This document shows, piece by piece, positions 57,351-64,000 of a stretch of 64,000 nucleotides of DNA. The position numbers were made by a program, and so were the translations under genes. Every line of letters begins with the position of its first letter. The first letter of the stretch is position 1. The notes under the pieces were generated by a model. It made no database searches. It had not been told where the DNA came from and was given only the letters and a program-made list of their open reading frames with translations. The DNA is taken from NCBI GenBank assembly GCA_006218035.1, contig VBWC01000010.1, forward strand, positions 203,572 to 267,571, in the 5' to 3' direction. This DNA is from Gammaproteobacteria bacterium (GTDB taxonomy: Bacteria > Pseudomonadota > Gammaproteobacteria > VBWC01).

Positions 57351-60300
57351 TTACGAGACCAGCCTGGAAACGAGCCCGCTATGCACATGCGGTTTAATCT
57401 TCCTCCAGTTTTTGTGGTACCAGTCGACTATCAGCTCCCTGACCATCGCAATCGACCCCTGGGTTATTGAGCTACAAACCGGCGCCACATCCTCCAACAG
57501 AAACGGCAGCTCCAGAATCTGCGAGTACTGAAAATATTGATCCGGATTTTTTTCAATATCCTCCACGGCCTCCTCCAGCGTGCGCGCAATGGACTCACGG
57601 TCGCTGCCTGGCCCTTCCGTGACCATGGCGAGATAAACGACGCCGGACCACAACATCCTGGTACCGCCTTGCAATCTATGTATTAGGCCGATGAAGACCT
57701 GATCGTTTCTGGCAAGAATTTCGTTGACGCGATCAACATATATCTGCGGATCAATGCCAGCGCTGACGAGCCACTTCACCGTGAACGACAGAATAAACGG
57801 CAAATCTTCCAGATCTCCACGATCATGCTGAAGAAATACACCCTGCGCGGCCCCTGTCTCCTTCAGGTTGCGTCGCCGCCATAGCCAACGCCCCATGACG
57901 ATATTTTTTGCCACCTTGAAACACGCGAACACCCGGACGATTTCGTCCTCCAGCTCAGCAAATACAGGCTGAAGCACATCCTTCCTGAATGCGGCAAATG
58001 CGTGAGGATTATCCTGCACCTGAATCAACGCCACGAGAATATCCCGAAAATCGGGATTTTCCACAACACCGGCCCGCAAGAACGCTACCGCTGAATTTAC
58101 ATTGTCGCTTAATAGCTGCGCTGACGCGGCATTCGAATCAGCGTTGCTCCGGCCATACAATGTCATCAATTCATCAACGACCCGCGAATCAAGAAACCGG
58201 CGGTCAAGTTTCGAAATAGCACGAAATCGCGTAATTGCTTCCGCCTCTTCTCGCTCTCCCGCCGCGGTCAGATACCCGCCAATCGCATGATACAGACAGA
58301 GCTTGTTCAGCAAATCGGCGCCCGTTTCCGAAAGCGCAACCGATCCGCCAACAAGAGCCTTTGCCAGCGTCCCAACATCGATCAAATGCTCGACCAGTCT
58401 GGGATCCTCTGCCTGCTTTTTCATTAAGACATTGAAGTCGTTGTCATGCAGCGCAGGATATGTCCCATTGACGATACGCAGCCCTCTCTTGTTACGCCGA
58501 ATGGACAACTTCTCTTTTATGTTATAGGCAAAGACCAAACCGAAATCTGAATTTGCGCTGACATCGGGACTTTTCTCAACGAATGTCGTCGGGTCAGCGA
58601 CCAATGCCTTGGGCCCTCCTTCAATAAACGCCTCGTAGCGCTTCGATCCGGAGAACAATCGATACAGATTTGGCAAATGCCGGACCTCTTCAATCGGCAT
58701 GACAACGGCCGTGTTGGTCATCGCATTGTCGATAACAACATGGTTTCGAAGACCGATTATCTCGATCGGCAGGTCATCCGAAATCACCAGATTATCGGCA
58801 CAGGAAAGCAGCTTCACCTTTTCCGGCTGACCCAGACAAACATTTCCATCGCCGCGATCGAATCTGTCGTGTCCCTGATAAAACCGCTTTACGCTTGTTC
58901 CCGGGACACCAAAATCCTCGAAGCGTGCTTCAGGATCGAGAATCGACGTCGCCAGCCTGACTTGACCATCGTCGTCCCGTTTCCATGGCGCGGCGCGGGA
59001 AAGAAGATTCTCAGCGAGATTTCCGGATTGCGGCTTGCCAGGCACCAACTTTCGATAGTAGAACTCGTTGAATACAATCGCACCGCATTCCCACGCGAGG
59101 CTCCCAGGCGCATTTCTGACTTCTTCAAAGTCTTCCTGACCGGGCTTTTCAATAAACCGGGGTACCTCATAGGACCGATAGGAGTGTAATTTTCTGGTAT
59201 ATAAGTGGTGCCCGAATCGAATATCGATAATCGCGTTCTTGTCCGCGGGTTTCCCTATGCTGACTATGCAACTGTTCTCGCGCGCGGTAATCAAGGCGCA
59301 GGCTACTGCATCCTGAAATCGCGCATAGGGGGCGATCACATTATCGCCCATGGAGATAATCACCATGCGATTTTGCTGATCACCGTCGATGGGCAGACCA
59401 TCCAGCGCAAGGCCCACCGCCGGGATAGTTCCCTTGGGTTCCTTTTCAATAACGCAGTTCTCTATCGGAACCCCTTCTTGCCCCGCCTGATCGGACACTT
59501 TATCCAGCGCGTTTGCACTGCACAAAATAAATATACGATCCGGCCTGATGAAGTAATCGTAGGTGAATCGTCGAATGGTCTCCTGCAATAACGAACGGTC
59601 GCCAAGCAAGGAATAGGACACCGGCTTCGGACGGTTTTCGCAGGAGATAGGCCAAACCCTCGACCCGATCCCGCCGGCCAGTATCGCCACATAGGTATCG
59701 TTCAGAATTGACGACAGGTAGTATTTACTCAGACCACGCAAACAGAACATGTTGGTCCAGTAGCTTTGCGTGTCGGCCTCCAGCTTGCCCTGAAATTCCC
59801 TCTCGTAGAAACCATACTGAAAATAGCCATCGCCGCCCTTTTTCATCTCGAGCAGCTTGGCCGCCAACCGGTCCATCACCGGCTGCCAGGCAGAATCGAG
59901 TCGCCCCATCTGCATCAGATCGGCGGCAAGGGCCAGAACCTGGGAAAGCGCATCGGTTCTGAAACGTGCCAGCGGTACGTCTTCTGACGAGTCGATGACC
60001 TGGGGAATCTCACCCTCTTTACAGTGCCCCAGAGCCCACTCGGTCGCTCGCCTGGCCGACTCGATAAGAACGTCGTTATTGGTCTTGCGTCCCACATGCA
60101 ACAGGCCTTCGGTAGCGTAGCAATGGGGATGCAATTCGGTTCGACCGCTGGATGTCTCGAAGTTGCCCCGTAGCGACTGGAACTGCAGCACGTTCCGACA
60201 GATGGATTCGGCTGCGGAGAAGTATTTCTCCTGATTCGTGGCTTCGTACAGATCGATAAGTGCTTCGGCGACTTTGGAATGAAATGCGCCAAAGCGCCTC

Positions 60301-60845
60301 GACCACTTGGCCTGCTCGGCGGGTACCGGTTCACCCATGGCGGCATCATAGATGGCATCGACCTCGCCTTTCGGGCTGATGACCCGCTCTACCAGGTAAT
60401 CGCCCATGCGAATGGCAGAGCGTAGTACCGGTTCGTCACCGGCAAACCGGTAGAGCGCCACCATGCCACGCAAACAGATCGCGACATCAAAGGAGAATAT
60501 CCGTCGCCCGGCAAACGACTTGTCGGCTAGATCCGGCTCGCCATCCCGCTCAAAATAGTATCGGGTCAGCACGCCACCGGAGGGGTCCTGGGCGTGGCTC
60601 ATGATCCACTCGGCGCTTTTTTTTGCCTTGGCGAGATATCGCCGGTTGCCCGTCAGCGACAGCAATGTCAAGTCATCGAGAATTGCATACCCGGTGACCT
60701 CGGTAAAAAGAAACCTCGGCGTGCCGTCTTCACGGCCCGGCTCGACAACCGCCCCGGTGTCCGGATCGAAAAAGACACCCAGATTTTTCTCATAGTCCCC
60801 AAGAACGCTCTTATAGAAGTTCTTAATTGTCATTTCGCTACCCAT
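57351..60845 (-). CDS. 1164-aa multidomain protein: (alpha/alpha)6-barrel-like N-domain, mannose-1-phosphate guanylyltransferase-like domain and helical C-domain
   Basis: Central ILAGGIGSRVWP.S....PKP, FIEKP and beta-helix tail resemble ManC; N-domain has TEVTGY, FD...LRG, HPHCYATEGL, RTDALSQ; no cupin PMI domain. Confidence 0.7.
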   Translation of the reverse strand: MGSEMTIKNFYKSVLGDYEKNLGVFFDPDTGAVVEPGREDGTPRFLFTEVTGYAILDDLTLLSLTGNRRYLAKAKKSAEWIMSHAQDPSGGVLTRYYFERDGEPDLADKSFAGRRIFSFDVAICLRGMVALYRFAGDEPVLRSAIRMGDYLVERVISPKGEVDAIYDAAMGEPVPAEQAKWSRRFGAFHSKVAEALIDLYEATNQEKYFSAAESICRNVLQFQSLRGNFETSSGRTELHPHCYATEGLLHVGRKTNNDVLIESARRATEWALGHCKEGEIPQVIDSSEDVPLARFRTDALSQVLALAADLMQMGRLDSAWQPVMDRLAAKLLEMKKGGDGYFQYGFYEREFQGKLEADTQSYWTNMFCLRGLSKYYLSSILNDTYVAILAGGIGSRVWPISCENRPKPVSYSLLGDRSLLQETIRRFTYDYFIRPDRIFILCSANALDKVSDQAGQEGVPIENCVIEKEPKGTIPAVGLALDGLPIDGDQQNRMVIISMGDNVIAPYARFQDAVACALITARENSCIVSIGKPADKNAIIDIRFGHHLYTRKLHSYRSYEVPRFIEKPGQEDFEEVRNAPGSLAWECGAIVFNEFYYRKLVPGKPQSGNLAENLLSRAAPWKRDDDGQVRLATSILDPEARFEDFGVPGTSVKRFYQGHDRFDRGDGNVCLGQPEKVKLLSCADNLVISDDLPIEIIGLRNHVVIDNAMTNTAVVMPIEEVRHLPNLYRLFSGSKRYEAFIEGGPKALVADPTTFVEKSPDVSANSDFGLVFAYNIKEKLSIRRNKRGLRIVNGTYPALHDNDFNVLMKKQAEDPRLVEHLIDVGTLAKALVGGSVALSETGADLLNKLCLYHAIGGYLTAAGEREEAEAITRFRAISKLDRRFLDSRVVDELMTLYGRSNADSNAASAQLLSDNVNSAVAFLRAGVVENPDFRDILVALIQVQDNPHAFAAFRKDVLQPVFAELEDEIVRVFACFKVAKNIVMGRWLWRRRNLKETGAAQGVFLQHDRGDLEDLPFILSFTVKWLVSAGIDPQIYVDRVNEILARNDQVFIGLIHRLQGGTRMLWSGVVYLAMVTEGPGSDRESIARTLEEAVEDIEKNPDQYFQYSQILELPFLLEDVAPVCSSITQGSIAMVRELIVDWYHKNWRKIKPHVHSGLVSRLVS

Positions 60846-60892
60846 TATCCCGATTCGCCAATTGTCCCCGTATAAAACTATTCAGATCAAAC

Positions 60893-62017
60893 TTAAAGTT
60901 TGTGAGCTTGAATCGTGCTGTTAACGATTCTTGAACCGGCCTTTCCGTCACCATACGGGTTGTGAGCGAAACTCATCGCTTTATAAGCCTGGTCATCGTC
61001 CAGCAATCGCTCTGCCTCCGTCACCATCAGTTTCTCGTCGGTACCGACGAGACGCACCGTACCCGCCTGAACCGCTTCGGGCCGCTCCGTGGTGTCTCTC
61101 ATCACCAGCACCGGCTTCCCCAACGACGGCGCCTCTTCCTGGATACCTCCCGAATCGGTCAGTATCAGGTATGACCGGGTCATCAGATAAACAAATGGAA
61201 GATAATCCAGAGGGCTTATCAAATAAACATTACCGGTGCTACCCAGTATTCGATTGACCGGCTCCTGCACGTTGGGATTCAAGTGTACCGGGTAGACAAT
61301 CTGCACATCATTGCGCGCGGCCAGGGTAGCAAGCGCCCGGCATATGCGCTCGAAACCACCGCCGAAACTTTCGCGCCGATGACCCGTCACAAGAATCAGG
61401 CGCTTGCTCGGGTCAAGAAACGGGAAAAGCCCTGACATCTCCCGGTTAAGTCCGTCGTTGCTCTCAAGATAACCCGCCACTTCCAGCAGTGCATCTATGA
61501 CGGTATTTCCGGTGACATGAATCGACGATTCCGGAACACCCTCGCGCAACAGATTGTCCCGCGCCCAACTGGTAGGGGCGAAATGAAGGTCCGCAATTCC
61601 GGATGTCAGCTTGCGATTGATCTCCTCTGGCCACGGAGAATAAATATTCCACGTCCGAAGCCCTGCCTCGACGTGGCCGACCGGAACTTTGTGATAATAC
61701 GCCGCCAGAGTAGCAGCGAGCGTCGTCGTCGTGTCGCCATGCACCAGTATTCTGTCAGGCTTCAACGCCGAGATCACGTCCTGCATACCTTCCAGTACGG
61801 CACAATTGATCGCTGTAAGATCCTGCCCCTTCTTCATGATATTCAGATCGTAATCGGGCGTTATCTTGAACAAACGCAGTACGGAATCGAGCATCTCACG
61901 ATGCTGGGCAGTGATACAAACGGAAGTGCTTATGCGTCCGTCGGCCCGCAAGGCCTTAATGACGGGGGCCATCTTGATCGCTTCTGGCCGCGTACCAAAA
62001 ACGGTTAACAATTTCAT
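60893..62017 (-). CDS. wecB: UDP-N-acetylglucosamine 2-epimerase (non-hydrolysing)
   Basis: [38 protein letters not shown]. Confidence 0.97.
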   Translation of the reverse strand: MKLLTVFGTRPEAIKMAPVIKALRADGRISTSVCITAQHREMLDSVLRLFKITPDYDLNIMKKGQDLTAINCAVLEGMQDVISALKPDRILVHGDTTTTLAATLAAYYHKVPVGHVEAGLRTWNIYSPWPEEINRKLTSGIADLHFAPTSWARDNLLREGVPESSIHVTGNTVIDALLEVAGYLESNDGLNREMSGLFPFLDPSKRLILVTGHRRESFGGGFERICRALATLAARNDVQIVYPVHLNPNVQEPVNRILGSTGNVYLISPLDYLPFVYLMTRSYLILTDSGGIQEEAPSLGKPVLVMRDTTERPEAVQAGTVRLVGTDEKLMVTEAERLLDDDQAYKAMSFAHNPYGDGKAGSRIVNSTIQAHKL

Positions 62018-62065
62018 ACGGGATACGTTCTCTCGTGCTTCTATTATTGAATTCTGGAATCGGAA

Positions 62066-63223
62066 TCAGGCCAGAATATCGCCGAGCTGTCTTATCGTTT
62101 TGCGATTCCACGCCGAGGCATATTCATAAGCGCCTCTCGCAAGGCGTGACGCGTGATCACTATCGCTGAGACATTTTATTATATGTTCTGAAAAATCACC
62201 CGGGCTGTCAGCCAGAAGAAAGGCGCTGCCCGCCCCGTCCTCCAGTCCTTCTGCTCCGGTAGGCGAAGTCACGAGGGGTTTCGAATACCCCAGGGCCTCG
62301 AGATTCTTGATACTCAGCCCGGTATTAAACCGCACCGGATTTATTACCACCGCAGCGGCCTCATATACGGGCACAAGATCATCAACTCGCCCCAGCTTCA
62401 CAACCCCGGGCTGGTCATTCACGGCCTTGCAGACGCTTCCAGCCAGCGCGAGCTCGGCTCCCGGAACTTCGTTTCTGATCGCCGGAAACGCGTCAGCAAT
62501 AAACTGATTGATGCCATCGCTGTTAATCGGATTGTCTGAAGCGACAAACAGTATCTGTTTTCCTGCGTCTCGTTTTAACGCTTCGCGCAGCGCAACAATG
62601 TGTCCGATCGTGATCACTTTTCTGGACGTCAAACCTGAGAAAAAATCGCGCTCCAGATCCTGGATGGCGATGACCACGTCGGCCCTGTCGAGCGCCTTCG
62701 CTTCCTCTTGACGAGTCGTCGAATACCACTGTGGCACCTGACCGTTTTTGAGATATTTGAGATGGCGGTCGGTAAATACGTCGTGCGTATCGACGATCTT
62801 AAGCACATCATTGCCAAACAGCTCGAGGATTCGGGAAAAGAAAACATATTCGACGATAACCACATCGAATCGGAACCTCTCATTGAGATCGGTTATAGCG
62901 CCGTCAATCGACGGGTCATACCATTCATCAATGGAATAGACGTACCTGGCATCCGGCTTAAAAATTGACTGGATTTTTCTTTTCCAGCGCGCGCCCGGGC
63001 TGTGCGGACGATGATACGGTACCGAAAAAAATCGATCGCCCCATACTTTTCTCATCGCTTCTTCGTCACCCGGCTCACTTTGAACGTGACAGAAATACAC
63101 GTCGTGCCCGAGTTGCTGAAGGCCGGACAACAAACCATCAATTCTTGTTCTGTTACCAGCCGTTTGTGGATGGGTGGGCGTGGGAGAAACAAGCAGAATC
63201 TTTTTCATCGACATGATATCCAA
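62066..63223 (-). CDS. Glycosyltransferase family 4
   Basis: TGLSIKNLEAL..KP; probable start is ATG 63214. Confidence 0.85.
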   Translation of the reverse strand: MDIMSMKKILLVSPTPTHPQTAGNRTRIDGLLSGLQQLGHDVYFCHVQSEPGDEEAMRKVWGDRFFSVPYHRPHSPGARWKRKIQSIFKPDARYVYSIDEWYDPSIDGAITDLNERFRFDVVIVEYVFFSRILELFGNDVLKIVDTHDVFTDRHLKYLKNGQVPQWYSTTRQEEAKALDRADVVIAIQDLERDFFSGLTSRKVITIGHIVALREALKRDAGKQILFVASDNPINSDGINQFIADAFPAIRNEVPGAELALAGSVCKAVNDQPGVVKLGRVDDLVPVYEAAAVVINPVRFNTGLSIKNLEALGYSKPLVTSPTGAEGLEDGAGSAFLLADSPGDFSEHIIKCLSDSDHASRLARGAYEYASAWNRKTIRQLGDILA

Positions 63224-63279
63224 CTGGGACTACAGGAAACTTTCATAGGTGACTATTCAATACCGAAAAACGCTGGCGC

Positions 63280-63987
63280 TTATCGTTTATCGGCAACATC
63301 GCCGACGCCGTGATCCGCATCGCCTCTGTAGCGGATCACGCGAGCCGGAATACCGACTGCAATCGCGTTGTCCGGAATTTTCCCGGTTACCACAGACCCC
63401 GCCCCGATAACGGCGCCATTACCGATTTCAACACCATCCAGCACTATCACACCATATCCAAGCCAGACGTCATCGCCAACGGATATGCCTCCCGCCGTAT
63501 ATATAGGTTGCTCGCGAATGGAACGGCGCGAATCCACGGCGTGATTGTACGGATAAAACGCACAACCAGGCGCAATTTCTACACGCTTGCCGATCCGCAG
63601 ACACCCCTTGTAGGCGGAAATCTGGCAGCGTGGCTGAACATGGGTATCGTCGCCGATAATCACGCTACCGCCGACCCCGGTTTGAATCACGCTCTCGCGA
63701 TGCAAATGCACCCCGTTGCCGAGAGTCACCGGGCCGCCATCGTCATCCTGATAAATCAGAACACGCTCACCAATAAAACAATGTTGTCCCAATACCAGTC
63801 CGGCATGATGAATGGTTGCTCCGGGCGCAGTAAATCCGCGTTCGTCCAGATTCGCAAGCGCGATCTGCCCGTAAAATGGCGGGACGAGCCAGGTTGCCAG
63901 GAAAGCCGCGATACGCCCGCCGGGGCGAGCGTGCGATCGTTTCACCCAGAAACGCGTCCATACCTTCCGGAAACGATAAAAACGCAT
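63280..63987 (-). CDS. Hexapeptide-repeat (LbH) O-acyltransferase
   Basis: VGDDVWLG, IG.GAVIGAGSVV, VGIPARVI. The frame stays open to the window edge, so the start may lie upstream. Confidence 0.88.
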   Translation of the reverse strand: MRFYRFRKVWTRFWVKRSHARPGGRIAAFLATWLVPPFYGQIALANLDERGFTAPGATIHHAGLVLGQHCFIGERVLIYQDDDGGPVTLGNGVHLHRESVIQTGVGGSVIIGDDTHVQPRCQISAYKGCLRIGKRVEIAPGCAFYPYNHAVDSRRSIREQPIYTAGGISVGDDVWLGYGVIVLDGVEIGNGAVIGAGSVVTGKIPDNAIAVGIPARVIRYRGDADHGVGDVADKR

Positions 63988-64000
63988 TAGCCCTGTTTCC

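Noticed and set aside
1..64000. CRISPR array, tRNA or rRNA genes
   Set aside because: No regularly spaced identical repeats with unique spacers and no recognisable tRNA/rRNA sequence. The repeats seen are palindromic REP/MITE types or coding repeats.

Overview
64-kb window from a GC-rich proteobacterium, probably a sulfur-oxidising or chemolithotrophic gammaproteobacterium (inferred from an E1alpha/E1beta PDH with an E2-E3 fusion, a CbbR-type LysR regulator and cytochrome c4). The left half (1-31.3 kb) is mostly housekeeping: a partial MscS-like gene, a DUF2892/LysR pair, a 7-PAS-GGDEF-EAL protein, pdhAB plus a fused E2-E3 gene, an M17 aminopeptidase, an OmpA-family gene, yadGH, pyrC-rnt-grxD, a PuuD-like gene, argD-argF and cytochrome c4. 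It also holds a six-gene glycan-tailoring islet (14.8-21.2 kb) and intergenic spaces packed with several REP/MITE families. The right half (31.4-64 kb) is visibly more AT-rich and forms part of a large exopolysaccharide locus: wcaJ with a sigma54 promoter, an HPD-less J-domain protein, secreted Fn3/malectin/GH proteins, seven GT4s, a Wzy-like protein, three asparagine-synthase-family genes, wecB and an acyltransferase. The most unusual signals are (1) 47-49-bp two-hairpin mini-elements and a 17-bp micro-element that insert precisely into REPs and into each other, and (2) a 1164-aa fusion of an (alpha/alpha)6-like domain, a ManC-like nucleotidyltransferase and a degenerate HD-like domain. No tRNA, rRNA, CRISPR array or transposase was recognised. 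All calls were made by eye, without database searches.
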